Shown: positions 10,296 to 19,902 of the stretch, piece after piece | How positions within the stretch are numbered: position 1 is the stretch's first letter | Layout of the letters: each line of letters opens with the position of its first letter | Assembly: GCA_001771135.1 (NCBI GenBank) | Contig: MESW01000009.1 | Span: 23,436-87,435, forward strand | Direction of reading: 5' to 3' | DNA: 64,000 nt | Source: a candidate division CPR3 bacterium GWF2_35_18 | Lineage (GTDB): Bacteria; Patescibacteriota; CPR3; GWF2-35-18 | Translations under genes and position numbers: made by a program | The notes under the pieces: model-generated | Databases searched by the model: none | What the model was told of the DNA's origin: nothing | The model's input: the letters and a program-made list of their open reading frames with translations, nothing else

Positions 10296-11405
10296 TTATT
10301 CGCGTTCGAAGCGGAAAAGTCTTAGGGCTAAAGTGATGGAAATTATCAACCATCCACCCATAAAAAGAAGTTCTGTTTGAAGCTCAAAAAGATTCGCATC
10401 CTGCAAGGCGATTTTTCGCAAGGCTTCAATAAAAGGAGTAAGAGGTAAATAAGAAACGACATTTTTTATCACATCTGGTAAAGCCTCTTTCGAAAAGAAA
10501 ACGCCCGAAAGAAACATCATCGGCATCGAAACAACTTGAATCATTCCTTGAGCGGCATCCACGGTTTTGGCGACACCAGCCACCGCAAACCCTAAGCTTA
10601 AAAATATTAACTGCCCCAACAAACCGATAAAATAAAGATAAAAAATATTTCCAAAGATATGAACTTTGAAGATAAAAAGAGAGATCAAAATTATCAGAGT
10701 CATTTGGATCAAACTGATAAGAAGATTGGATAAAACAAAAGCCAACAGAAATGACCTTGTCCGAAGAGGTGTAGACATGAGCTTTCGTAAAGTATGTTTT
10801 TCACGAAAAGAAACAATACTCATAGCGATTCCAAACAATCCACCTTGCATCAGAGACATTCCTATTATTCCAGGAACTAGAACATCTAGATAATTAATAT
10901 TCTTGGATTCGATCTCCTGTTTTTCATAGGAAAAAACTTGAGGGGTTTGGAAAATCTGAATATTCATTCCAGACATAAATTGTTCAAGTAATCCAAAAAC
11001 AATCCCGTTTAACTGCACATTACTTTTGTCGTAAAATACCTGAATCGGCTCCACGGCAACACGAGAAGGTCCAGATTCGGTCATTTGTAAATTAAAATTC
11101 TGTGGAATTATGAAGACAAAGTCAAGATCTCCATCTAAAACAGCATTTTTCGCTTCTTCCTCATTTTGATAGTTATCGTCTATTTTCAAAACTTCAACTT
11201 TTTTTAAATTATCGACAAAATCTTTTGAGAATTCTGAATCAGCATTATCTATCAAAGCCACATTTGAGACACCCATCTTATCAAAATTAAAAAGTCCAAA
11301 AATCAGAATAAACATTATCGGAAAAAAGATCATCCAAAAAAGGGTATCCTTTTGCCTTAAAAACATTTTGATTCTGGCAATAAATAATTTCCAAAAAGAC
11401 TTCAT
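10296..11405 (-). CDS. ABC-2 type exporter permease
   Basis: One TM, an extracellular loop, then five TMs; PGIIGM, LMSTPL and PMMFLSGVFF motifs; directly downstream of an ABC ATPase. Confidence 0.9.
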   Translation of the reverse strand: MKSFWKLFIARIKMFLRQKDTLFWMIFFPIMFILIFGLFNFDKMGVSNVALIDNADSEFSKDFVDNLKKVEVLKIDDNYQNEEEAKNAVLDGDLDFVFIIPQNFNLQMTESGPSRVAVEPIQVFYDKSNVQLNGIVFGLLEQFMSGMNIQIFQTPQVFSYEKQEIESKNINYLDVLVPGIIGMSLMQGGLFGIAMSIVSFREKHTLRKLMSTPLRTRSFLLAFVLSNLLISLIQMTLIILISLFIFKVHIFGNIFYLYFIGLLGQLIFLSLGFAVAGVAKTVDAAQGMIQVVSMPMMFLSGVFFSKEALPDVIKNVVSYLPLTPFIEALRKIALQDANLFELQTELLFMGGWLIISITLALRLFRFERE

Positions 11406-11407
11406 TG

Positions 11408-12172
11408 TTACTCCCTTAAACTTTTCCCAGTAAGATTTAAAAAAACATCCTCAAGATCAGCAAGCTGCCGGACTCTTTCTTTTTTAAATCCAGACTTCAA
11501 TAAATTTTCAATTAATTTTTGTGGGGTATCCAAAGTGATAATTTTACCCTCATCCATAATGGCCACTCGGTCACACAGAACCTCTGCTTCTTCCATATAG
11601 TGTGTAGTTAATATCACAGTTTTTCCTCTTTGTTTTAGCTTTTTGATTATTTCCCAGGTATGACGACGGGCTTGCGGATCAAGTCCAGTTGTAGGTTCGT
11701 CAAGAAAAATCACCTCTGGATCATTTACCATAGCTACTCCAATTGATAATCTCTGTCGTTGTCCACCTGAAAGCTTCTTAACCAAAGTATTTTTCTTCTC
11801 CTGTAAATCAAAATCATCTATTATTTCTGCTAAATCTTTCTGATACTTGTAAAATGAAGCAAAAAGATCCAGAGTCTCACAAACTGTCAGCTCTTCAAAA
11901 AATGCCGATGACTGTAATTGCACTCCAATTCTTTCTTTTAACTCTTTGATATTTGTACGAACATCAAATCCTAAAATCGAAATTTCTCCATTACTGATAC
12001 TCCTTAAGCTTTCCATCATTTCCACCGTTGTAGTTTTCCCTGCTCCATTTGGACCCAGTAGACCAAAAACTTCGTTTTTGTAGACCTCAAAGGAAATCCC
12101 TTTTACGGCTTCGAGCTCACCGTTATATTTTTTATGCAGATCTTTTACTTTGATAACAACTTCTTTTTTCAT
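11408..12172 (-). CDS. ABC exporter ATP-binding protein
   Basis: GPNGAGKTT, LSGGQRQR, FLDEPTTGLD, TTH; ATG 12172 preferred. Confidence 0.93.
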   Translation of the reverse strand: MKKEVVIKVKDLHKKYNGELEAVKGISFEVYKNEVFGLLGPNGAGKTTTVEMMESLRSISNGEISILGFDVRTNIKELKERIGVQLQSSAFFEELTVCETLDLFASFYKYQKDLAEIIDDFDLQEKKNTLVKKLSGGQRQRLSIGVAMVNDPEVIFLDEPTTGLDPQARRHTWEIIKKLKQRGKTVILTTHYMEEAEVLCDRVAIMDEGKIITLDTPQKLIENLLKSGFKKERVRQLADLEDVFLNLTGKSLRE

Positions 12173-12249
12173 ATTAACTATTACTAAATAAAGATAAGAA
12201 AACAATAAACCAGTCTAGCAAAATGATAATTAAAGTCAAGAGGAGAATG

Positions 12250-13293
12250 TTATACTTTCAAAATATCCATCGCCACTTTATTCACAAAACGGTAGTGAAT
12301 TACTTCCATAAATGCGTCGGCAAAAAAATCCGCAGCATTTCCCATTCCTTGAGCTAATCGTAATACCCTTTTCTGAATATTTTGGTATTTCAATATATTT
12401 TGAATCTTTGGAGTATCGTATTCTGGAGCAATAATTTTTCGAGCAACCTCTTCACCTGTAACAATAGCATTATAAATCCCCTCTCCTGTTAACGGAGCTG
12501 TAAAACCACCAGCATCTCCAATTAAAAACATATTTCCAAACTCAAATCCTTGATAATCATAGTTTATAGGAGCACTTTCATACTGACATTTTGAAAGATC
12601 TATTTTCTTACTTTTAATGAAATCTTCTAATTTAGGCTTAATATCGCTAATCTTTGATCTTTGCGTAACATCTATTCCAGTTCCAATTGATGTAAAATTC
12701 TGGTGAGGAAATATCCACAGATACGTAAACCCATATTTTTCAACATTAACAAATAATTCCATATCTTGCATCTGTTTAGGCACTACATAGTGAAAAGCTA
12801 CTAAAAGATTCTTAGATTCCAAATTAAGAGATCGGCGTACTACCGAACTTGCGCCATCTGCACCTATCAAATAATCAAAACTAACTTCTTGTCCGCTATT
12901 TAGATAAACTTTTTCTTGATCTACTTTTATCACCGTACTAGTAACTAAAGGAACTCCCAACTTCTTAACTATTGAGTATTGCCATTTACCTAAAACTTCT
13001 CGATCAATTGTATAGGCAAGAGGAATTTCAATCCTAACTCTACTTATTTTGTGATGACTATGGAGAAGAACTGAGGAAAATTCTCGAGAAATAATATCTT
13101 TTGGAATACCTGATTCTAAATCTTTATGAGTTAATCCACCGGCACAAACTTTCTTCCCAATCACTTTATTCTTTTCTAAAATAACGACTTCTTTTCCTGC
13201 CTCTTTTAGAATTCTAGCTGCAGCTAATCCTGCTGGTCCTGCTCCAATGACGATAACTTCATAATGAGATTTAAGCTTATTTTTGGGAGTCAT
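12250..13293 (-). CDS. Geranylgeranyl-reductase-family FAD-dependent oxidoreductase
   Basis: GAGPAG, KVCAGG, GADG, YLWIFP and IGDAGG...TGEGI motifs. Confidence 0.85.
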   Translation of the reverse strand: MTPKNKLKSHYEVIVIGAGPAGLAAARILKEAGKEVVILEKNKVIGKKVCAGGLTHKDLESGIPKDIISREFSSVLLHSHHKISRVRIEIPLAYTIDREVLGKWQYSIVKKLGVPLVTSTVIKVDQEKVYLNSGQEVSFDYLIGADGASSVVRRSLNLESKNLLVAFHYVVPKQMQDMELFVNVEKYGFTYLWIFPHQNFTSIGTGIDVTQRSKISDIKPKLEDFIKSKKIDLSKCQYESAPINYDYQGFEFGNMFLIGDAGGFTAPLTGEGIYNAIVTGEEVARKIIAPEYDTPKIQNILKYQNIQKRVLRLAQGMGNAADFFADAFMEVIHYRFVNKVAMDILKV

Positions 13294-13684
13294 TTTTTAT
13301 TTCTGTCTTGATACTTTTTTTCTCTAATAATAACCCAAGCAATATACTGTTTATCGGAATTGATAAATACCGAAAACCAATTTCTTTCATATAGGTTACA
13401 AAAGTCATATCTTTATTGAAAGACAACACGCCCACAATATCGAGCAAAATTCCCAAAACGAAACCAAAAACACCAATCAAGATACCATCAATTAAAAAAT
13501 GGCTCTTTTTATCCATATAATAATAATAGGATAATCCACACCAAGTAAGCATTCCAATCACAATCATAATGGTTTTGAAATAATGGATATCTGTCTGCAT
13601 CAAAGGGAAAAAAAGTAGACTAAAAGCATAAGGAATTGCCCACATTAAAAAAGTAATCAGCAAAATTGTAAGGTATTTTTTCAT
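13277..13684 (-). CDS. Small 4-TM membrane protein
   Basis: Four hydrophobic segments; overlaps the start of the reductase gene. Confidence 0.7.
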   Translation of the reverse strand: MKKYLTILLITFLMWAIPYAFSLLFFPLMQTDIHYFKTIMIVIGMLTWCGLSYYYYMDKKSHFLIDGILIGVFGFVLGILLDIVGVLSFNKDMTFVTYMKEIGFRYLSIPINSILLGLLLEKKSIKTEIKNDSQK

Positions 13685-13694
13685 ATTTAATCCT

Positions 13695-14525
13695 TTAATT
13701 TTCTTTCAAAGATTTTAGCTCAGCAATAATATCTTGAATAATATCTTTAGCTTCCTGAACTTCCTGTTTTGCCTTCTGTAAATCTTGCTTTCCCGCCTCT
13801 AAATAAGCCTCAGATTCAGTAGTATCTTCAGCAGGTTCCATAGCTCGAAAATTACTTTTGGCAGAATCAAGATAACCTTGAATTTCTTGGAATTTTGCCT
13901 GTAAATTATCAACTAGACCCTCAACAACAGTAGTATCTTTTCCTGCGTTTTTATATTCTTCAATAGCTATTTCTATTCTCGTAATTACTTTTGCCTCATT
14001 CTCGGATAAAACGTATTCTGCCCATCCAACGGCGCGCAGCCCTCGATCTTTGGGGAGCTCAACAATATAAACACGGTAATCATAAAAAATATTCCTTATT
14101 AGATCTTTTAAAGAAGCTAAATCAGTAGCGCTTTCTATAGAAGCTTTAAGTGCAACTAAACCGTCATAACTTGTCTGCATATTCGTCACAATTTCATCGC
14201 GATTTTCTTCTGACAATCGCAAAGTATTCCCGAGAATTTCCTGGGCTTTGGTCAGATCTTGCAGTCGAACATCAATCAGCTTAATTGCATATTCCTTTAA
14301 CATTTGAAGCCTATCTTCAGCTAAAGAATTTCGGAAATTTTCCAGTGTTTGCTGTAGTTCTGCTTGATTCTCTTGAAGCTGTGTCCTAATTTCACTCACG
14401 TATTGATTTTTATTTGAAGAAGAAGTGCTTTGAAGGAAATCTCCAAAAGCTAAAGATGATTGAGGAGTAAATAATATTAAAGCAAAAATAATGCTTAATA
14501 TGGTTTGAGTTTTGTTTTTCTTCAT
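13695..14525 (-). CDS. Secreted alpha-helical/coiled-coil protein
   Basis: Signal peptide ending SSLA; heptad-rich helical body. Confidence 0.75.
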   Translation of the reverse strand: MKKNKTQTILSIIFALILFTPQSSLAFGDFLQSTSSSNKNQYVSEIRTQLQENQAELQQTLENFRNSLAEDRLQMLKEYAIKLIDVRLQDLTKAQEILGNTLRLSEENRDEIVTNMQTSYDGLVALKASIESATDLASLKDLIRNIFYDYRVYIVELPKDRGLRAVGWAEYVLSENEAKVITRIEIAIEEYKNAGKDTTVVEGLVDNLQAKFQEIQGYLDSAKSNFRAMEPAEDTTESEAYLEAGKQDLQKAKQEVQEAKDIIQDIIAELKSLKEN

Positions 14526-14573
14526 ATCTTTAGTCCTTTTTAATCTTTATGTTTTAATTCTAAAAATCTTTTA

Positions 14574-14981
14574 CTAGATAGTAGGCATGGTATCATCTTG
14601 TGTTTGATAGTCCTCAATATCAACTAGAGAATTTTCTAAATCTACTAGAGCATCATCTAACTCATCATTAAGATTATTCAACTCTATGATTCCCTCACTT
14701 TGATTATCTTGTTCTGTTTTTGTTGTCGCCTCCGAGGTTGCTTGTTCAATATCAAAAGATCGCTGTGCTGACTGGGAAGAGGTATTATTATCTTCGGAAG
14801 TTGAAGGTTTACTATTTACCAAAAAAAATATTACTACTATAACCAAAAAGATAAAAATTAAAAGAAAGAGAATAATTAGAACAGAAAAACCTTTTTTTGT
14901 TTCTGGAACATAGTTTTGACTAGAAGCAGCTTCCTGCCACTTTGATTGATTTTGAACATTGTTTATATTATTTTCTTTCAT
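14574..14981 (-). CDS. Single-pass membrane protein with acidic low-complexity ectodomain
   Basis: One long TM; AGGAGG upstream. Confidence 0.7.
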   Translation of the reverse strand: MKENNINNVQNQSKWQEAASSQNYVPETKKGFSVLIILFLLIFIFLVIVVIFFLVNSKPSTSEDNNTSSQSAQRSFDIEQATSEATTKTEQDNQSEGIIELNNLNDELDDALVDLENSLVDIEDYQTQDDTMPTI

Positions 14982-15104
14982 AATCTTCCTCCTATACTAC
15001 TTTTTACTTGCACATATAATGCTAAAGGAAATAATTAAGAAATGCAACATGAGGTATTTTATAATTCGAGAGTAGGAATTAATATGAGTTAATTCTAAAA
15101 AATT

Positions 15105-15206
15105 TCCATGAACGTAAGTTCGTAGATATGCCAAATCCTAATATGATTTAGAGCCATAATCTTCGCAAAGCGAGAATTAGAGATACCACAGATGTAAGTC
15201 CGTGAT
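15105..15206. repeat. Degenerate MITE/REP-like multi-hairpin element
   Basis: Two related GTAA-loop hairpins (tccatgaac-gtaa-gttcgtaga; cacagat-gtaa-gtccgtg) flank a ttcgc-aaa-gcgag hairpin. Confidence 0.45.
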
Positions 15207-15209
15207 AGT

Positions 15210-15956
15210 TCATTTGAAATTCCTAGTCTCAAATATGCTATAAAGAATAATCGAACCTGCAATCGTCGCGTTTAGAGAATCAACTTTCCCTTTCATTGGA
15301 ATTGAGATAAGACCATCACAGTTCTTTTTCACTAAATCTCTCAACCCTTCTCCCTCACTTCCAACGACAACTCCAACTGGACCAGATAGATCTTGTTCGT
15401 TATATTTCACTCCTTCATTTACACCACCAAGTCCATAAACCCAGACATTCTTCTCTTTCAAGACCTGAATTGCCTGAGAGATATTTGCAACCTGAGAAAT
15501 CAAAAGATGTTCAGCAGCTCCAGAGGAAGAGTTTACAACAGACGGAGTTATCCCCACAGCACGTCGTTCTTGAATAATCACACCATGCACACCGGTTGCT
15601 TCCGCAGTTCTCAGTAATGACCCCACGTTTTGAGGATCTTGTAAAAGATCAAGGATTAAAACTAAAGAATCTTCATTTTGATTCCGACTAAAAGTGAAAA
15701 TCTCATCAAGAGTTACATAAGGATACGTACTTCCTTCCAAAACCACACCTTGATGCTGTCGATGTTTAACTATCGCTTCGAGTTTGTGTTGAGTAATCGG
15801 CGTGATCGGAATCTTCTTTGAACTACAAAGGGATTTTATCTCGGTAATAACATCGGATTTTAAATCAACTCCTTGAGAAAGATAGAGATTTTTAAATTTC
15901 CGACGGCTTGCTCTTAATGATTCTAGAACTGGATTTCTTCCGTATAAATATTCCAT
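15210..15956 (-). CDS. rlmB: 23S rRNA (guanosine-2251-2'-O)-methyltransferase, SPOUT family
   Basis: YGRNPV, HQGVV, QDPQNVGSLLRTA, VGSEGEG, IPMKGKVDSLNA motifs; ATG 15956. Confidence 0.92.
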   Translation of the reverse strand: MEYLYGRNPVLESLRASRRKFKNLYLSQGVDLKSDVITEIKSLCSSKKIPITPITQHKLEAIVKHRQHQGVVLEGSTYPYVTLDEIFTFSRNQNEDSLVLILDLLQDPQNVGSLLRTAEATGVHGVIIQERRAVGITPSVVNSSSGAAEHLLISQVANISQAIQVLKEKNVWVYGLGGVNEGVKYNEQDLSGPVGVVVGSEGEGLRDLVKKNCDGLISIPMKGKVDSLNATIAGSIILYSIFETRNFK

Positions 15957-15989
15957 ATTGATTAATTTAAATATCAAAGCTCAAAGTAA

Positions 15990-16018
15990 ATACTAATTAA
16001 CTAATGCGTTTGTGTCAA
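15990..16018 (-). promoter_or_regulatory. sigma70-type promoter of rlmB
   Basis: TTGACA-17 nt-TAGTAT on the minus strand. Confidence 0.65.
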
Positions 16019-16043
16019 TGTGAAAAGTGATAGGTGTCAGAAA

Positions 16044-16562
16044 CTACTTTACGACATCAATTCTTACTTTCAATACTCCACGCGAAAGAGGAGATAGTTC
16101 TGCAAAAGCTGCTTTTGATAAATCCAAAGATACTCCACGTGAATAAAAAGCTCCACGATCATTTACTTTTACCTCTATCGAATTACCATTTTCAATATTG
16201 GTAACTTTTAAGATTGTTCCAAAAGCATACTCTGGAGATGCTGCAGTTGTATAAGCATTCATATCAAAGACTTCTCCACTACTTGTTCTGCGACCATGTA
16301 AAGCATCACCATAATAGGTAACCACACCTATGCCTTTATCTATATACGTCTTTTTTTTAGCCCCAATTTTTACCTCTTCATTAAGGCTAACTTGTTTCTT
16401 GGTGCCGATTAAAATCTTATCCCTATTTTCAATTTTTGTTTCTAAACGTACTACCGCTCTAGCATGTTTTGGAAAAACGACCTTATCTAAAGGGTAAGTT
16501 GTCGAAACAAGATTAAAAACAAAAAAACTGCTAAAAAGCGCAGTCCTTTTAAACACATCCAT
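16044..16562 (-). CDS. RlpA-like double-psi beta-barrel protein (lytic transglycosylase family)
   Basis: TYYG..HGRRTSSGEVFDMNAYTTA, FGTILKVTN, VKVNDRG, LDLSKAAF. Confidence 0.88.
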   Translation of the reverse strand: MDVFKRTALFSSFFVFNLVSTTYPLDKVVFPKHARAVVRLETKIENRDKILIGTKKQVSLNEEVKIGAKKKTYIDKGIGVVTYYGDALHGRRTSSGEVFDMNAYTTAASPEYAFGTILKVTNIENGNSIEVKVNDRGAFYSRGVSLDLSKAAFAELSPLSRGVLKVRIDVVK

Positions 16563-16628
16563 CTAATAATATTCTGTGGGGCAGAATACAGACTTCAATA
16601 ATTAATCTTTACTGACTTCAGCCAGCTG

Positions 16629-16714
16629 CTAATCTTTAAATCCTAAACAATAATTAAATATAGAAATAATTAATTACAATAAAGTTGGGGGATTGTTTAG
16701 GATTTAAAGATTAG
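16629..16714. repeat. Perfect 23-bp inverted repeat in the leader of the RlpA-like gene
   Basis: ctaatctttaaatcctaaacaat (16629-16651) and attgtttaggatttaaagattag (16692-16714); 40-nt loop. Confidence 0.9.
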
Positions 16715-16744
16715 AATTCAAAAAATTTGATAGTACGGGTTGGA

Positions 16745-16773
16745 AGGATAACAAAAAGATAAAAATATGTCAA
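16745..16773 (-). promoter_or_regulatory. sigma70-type promoter of the RlpA-like gene
   Basis: TTGACA-17 nt-TATCCT with extended -10 TG. Confidence 0.65.
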
Positions 16774-16850
16774 ATTTAAGCATTTTTGGTGATAACGATA
16801 TCTTTTTCTGCTACAATTGAAACCTAATATAAAATTACTAATTTTTACCT

Positions 16851-17651
16851 ATGTCCTTGAAATTAAATTGGATTGAAAAAAATAGATCTGCCGAAATCGT
16901 CATCGTCTTTGTGATTTTCATTTCTATAACCGCTGTACTTTTTATTTACTTGAATCCTCAAGAAATTATCAAACAGGTTCGTGACGCCAAAAGACTGGAC
17001 GACATGAACAAAATAAGAAGCGCTTTGGACCATTACAAAGCTGAACACAACTGGACCTATCCAAATAATATATTCCTACTGACAGACTATATCTCTCCTA
17101 TACCCACCGATCCTTTAACTCACAAATATTATGGTTATGTTGTAAACAGTTTGAACACCCTATACGAACTGAACTGCAATTTGGAAAGTATCAAAAAATT
17201 ACCTCTAGAAAAAACCGACAACGGAGACAACGATAATCTTTATGAAATTGGAACAGACCTCACTCTGATGAAACAAGGACTCTATAACAATCTTGGAGTC
17301 AATCCTCCTCCAAATGTTTTCGAACTAATTTCTCCAAAAGAAACAGACACAATTAGTATTAAAGAAACCGATAAAGGCTGTTTATTCAATACCACCCTGT
17401 CTTGGCAAGAAGCGATAGATCCAGGAGATACAAATAGCTATTTCTATTACATTGATAATAACCCTGATTTTAGCAGCCCCGAAATTGTCGGAAAGACTTC
17501 AAATACCACAATCGCTTTGACTGAATATTTCAAAAACGTTAATTGTGCGGAAGTGGAAGACAAAATGTATCTAATTCTGGTAGCTCAAGACAGTGGAGGA
17601 AATTTAACAGACACAAATCCGATAATCATCAAAACTACACTTTCTCAATGA
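16851..17651 (+). CDS. Type IV pilin / T2SS G-like pseudopilin with extra C-terminal Ig/FN3-like domain
   Basis: Hydrophobic N-helix, then LNP..RDAKRLDDMNKIRSALDHY, YP, PTDP and YEL-C-LE pattern of CPR pilins. Confidence 0.75.
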   Translation: MSLKLNWIEKNRSAEIVIVFVIFISITAVLFIYLNPQEIIKQVRDAKRLDDMNKIRSALDHYKAEHNWTYPNNIFLLTDYISPIPTDPLTHKYYGYVVNSLNTLYELNCNLESIKKLPLEKTDNGDNDNLYEIGTDLTLMKQGLYNNLGVNPPPNVFELISPKETDTISIKETDKGCLFNTTLSWQEAIDPGDTNSYFYYIDNNPDFSSPEIVGKTSNTTIALTEYFKNVNCAEVEDKMYLILVAQDSGGNLTDTNPIIIKTTLSQ

Positions 17652-18195
17652 TCCTTTGGAGGTTCGGAATTCTAAACTCTTTTTTAAAATTATATAAACG
17701 AGTCAAAGGACCTTTTCCAAATTTTTGATACTGTTGCTCTCTTTTTTCAAAAGTTACGAACCCTTTATCTTTACTGTGAAATTTATCTGCGTAACAAAGG
17801 ATTTTTTCCTCAAGGGTCTCGGGAATAAAATCTAAATGAGGTAAAGGATAATTATGATCTTCAATTTCTTTTTTAGAAATTCCTAAGCCAATATGACGTT
17901 CTACCATTCTAATAATAGCTTCAGAAAATCCTTCGGCTCGTAGGATCATCGCGCCTAGAAAAGCATGTTGAATATATGGCTTAACAACACGTGGACCGTA
18001 AACCTTTTCACATTCAAAAACTCCAATATCATGAAGTAATATTCCTTTTTCCGCAATATCCCAGTTTAGAGACAGCTTGTTTTCAGACACAATCTGTTTG
18101 GCAATTTGTAAAGTAATTGTTGTATGAAGAAAAACATCTTCTGCTCCTTTTTGAGTCGGAGAATATTTTTGAAACAGCTTAAAAAATTCCTTCAT
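17635..18195 (-). CDS. HD-domain (HDIG) phosphohydrolase
   Basis: H...LLHDIG...HAFLGA...ERHIG...CYADKF. Confidence 0.9.
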   Translation of the reverse strand: MKEFFKLFQKYSPTQKGAEDVFLHTTITLQIAKQIVSENKLSLNWDIAEKGILLHDIGVFECEKVYGPRVVKPYIQHAFLGAMILRAEGFSEAIIRMVERHIGLGISKKEIEDHNYPLPHLDFIPETLEEKILCYADKFHSKDKGFVTFEKREQQYQKFGKGPLTRLYNFKKEFRIPNLQRIIEKV

Positions 18196-18961
18196 CACCA
18201 AAAATTCCTTTCATTAAAGATATCGAAATATAACCTTTATTCAAAGCTCCGGTATCCAGTTTTTCATCTAGCTCTCGTTCTATTTTAGAAGCATAAACTT
18301 CTTTATTATAAATAAAGGTGTGCGTTTTATGATCAATTATGACTGGATAATGCCAGTATTTGGTGCTATTACCACTCACTTTTGTAAACTTTACCTGAGT
18401 CGTTGCTTCATGGGGAAAATTTACATTTATTAATTTCGCTTCGTATAAATTCTTGGCAATACAATCATCAATAACTTTAGAGGCCATTTCTCCTGGATAT
18501 TTTAGAAATTCTTGAAAACCATCTTCCAAACTGTGATTTCGAAGCCAATCATTACTATTATTTCTTTTATAGCTCAAACAGATAGCCTTCTCTGATAACT
18601 GAACACTAAGACCCCGGATTGCCGCCGCAACTGTTCCCGAAGAGATATTGGCATAAGCAATATTTTCCCCCCAATTAATTCCCGAGATAATAAGATCAAA
18701 CTTATTCTTGAAATAGCCTTGAGCAAATTCCATCGTGTCTGCGGGAGTTCCGTCTACCCAAAATGCCTTTACCCCTTCAACGACTTCCTCTCCCCAAGAA
18801 TGAGAGGCAAGAAAAGTTAATTTTCCTCCTACTCCAGATTGTTGGGTTTTGGTAGCGGCAATAATCAAGTTGTATTTATCTTTAAGTAAACGAGCTAAAA
18901 CTCTCGTACCCAGAGAGTTATACCCATCATCGCCGGTAAGCAAAATATTCTTAACTTCCAT
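18179..18961 (-). CDS. surE: 5'/3'-nucleotidase SurE (divergent)
   Basis: ILLTGDDG (canonical TNDDG), QSG, DGTPAD, SGINWGEN, SGTVAAA, NVNFP. Confidence 0.85.
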   Translation of the reverse strand: MEVKNILLTGDDGYNSLGTRVLARLLKDKYNLIIAATKTQQSGVGGKLTFLASHSWGEEVVEGVKAFWVDGTPADTMEFAQGYFKNKFDLIISGINWGENIAYANISSGTVAAAIRGLSVQLSEKAICLSYKRNNSNDWLRNHSLEDGFQEFLKYPGEMASKVIDDCIAKNLYEAKLINVNFPHEATTQVKFTKVSGNSTKYWHYPVIIDHKTHTFIYNKEVYASKIERELDEKLDTGALNKGYISISLMKGIFGDEGIF

Positions 18962-18964
18962 AGT

Positions 18965-19405
18965 TTATCTTTCTAAAACCTTTATATCTGTAACGGTTTT
19001 AATTTTGCCTAAATATATTGGTAAAACTTTTTGATGTCCCACAAAAAAAGGTTCTGGCAATTCATCTTTAGAAAACCAATTCCAACCTTCACAACAATCT
19101 GGTTCAGCATTTGCAATTTCACCTTTCCAACTTTTTATAATGTAAACAAAACGGACATAATGCTCCTCCTGATGATTCGGAGTATCGTTAACGACTGCAA
19201 ACAAATCGATCTCATTTGCTTTAACACCAGTTTCTTCGAACAGCTCCCGTTTTGCACAGTCTAGAGTAGATTCTCCAACTTCAAGGTGTCCTCCGGGAAA
19301 AGCCCATTGCCCAGCCCCAAAAATATTCTTACGCTTTCCCAGTAGTACTTTTCCTCCTTTTTCCAGGATCATTTCACAAGAAACTTTGACTATTTTTTCT
19401 TTCAT
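18965..19405 (-). CDS. NUDIX hydrolase (NUDT15/MutT-like)
   Basis: LLGKRK..GAGQWAFPGGHLEVGESTLDCAKRELFEETG; EPDCCEGWNWF. Confidence 0.9.
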   Translation of the reverse strand: MKEKIVKVSCEMILEKGGKVLLGKRKNIFGAGQWAFPGGHLEVGESTLDCAKRELFEETGVKANEIDLFAVVNDTPNHQEEHYVRFVYIIKSWKGEIANAEPDCCEGWNWFSKDELPEPFFVGHQKVLPIYLGKIKTVTDIKVLER

Positions 19406-19902
19406 TTTTCTCCTAGGTAATGACCAATATATGGTAATGAAAACTTCCGTTTCAGATATTTTTTGTAGAGATTAATTGCATTTGCATGATCAAAACCAAT
19501 TTGGGAATTTTCCGGTAGATTATTAAAATCAAACCAAAGGACTTCCGAAATCTCTCGATCATGATCCCCAGTTTTTTCTTCTACATCTACCACATAAAAA
19601 AAGCTGATATTTTGATTATCTTCGACGTTTGTTCTTTTTGGATCATCATTGATTTGAAGTAAAAACTTAATTTTTCCAAGATAACCTGTTTCTTCTTTTA
19701 ATTCTCGTAATACCGCCTCACTGACAACTTCATCTCGATCAATATAACCACCCGGTAACGCGTATTTTCCTGGTTCAAAAAAAGCAGTATTTGATCGTTT
19801 TACCATCAAAATTTTATTGTCTTTAATTACAATAGCATCACAGGTTACATGACGCAATTTGGCTGGATTTCCATTGGGAAATTTACAAGTAATCATATTC
19901 AA
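19402..19902 (-). CDS. NUDIX hydrolase (ADP-ribose pyrophosphatase-like)
   Basis: ALPGGYIDRDEVVSEAVLRELKEETG; DPKR; FDH. Confidence 0.9.
   Translation of the reverse strand: MNMITCKFPNGNPAKLRHVTCDAIVIKDNKILMVKRSNTAFFEPGKYALPGGYIDRDEVVSEAVLRELKEETGYLGKIKFLLQINDDPKRTNVEDNQNISFFYVVDVEEKTGDHDREISEVLWFDFNNLPENSQIGFDHANAINLYKKYLKRKFSLPYIGHYLGEK

Noticed and set aside
16563-16740. c-di-AMP (ydaO) or c-di-GMP riboswitch before the RlpA-like gene
   Set aside because: Only a GCTGAA hexamer matches; the other conserved elements are not visible.
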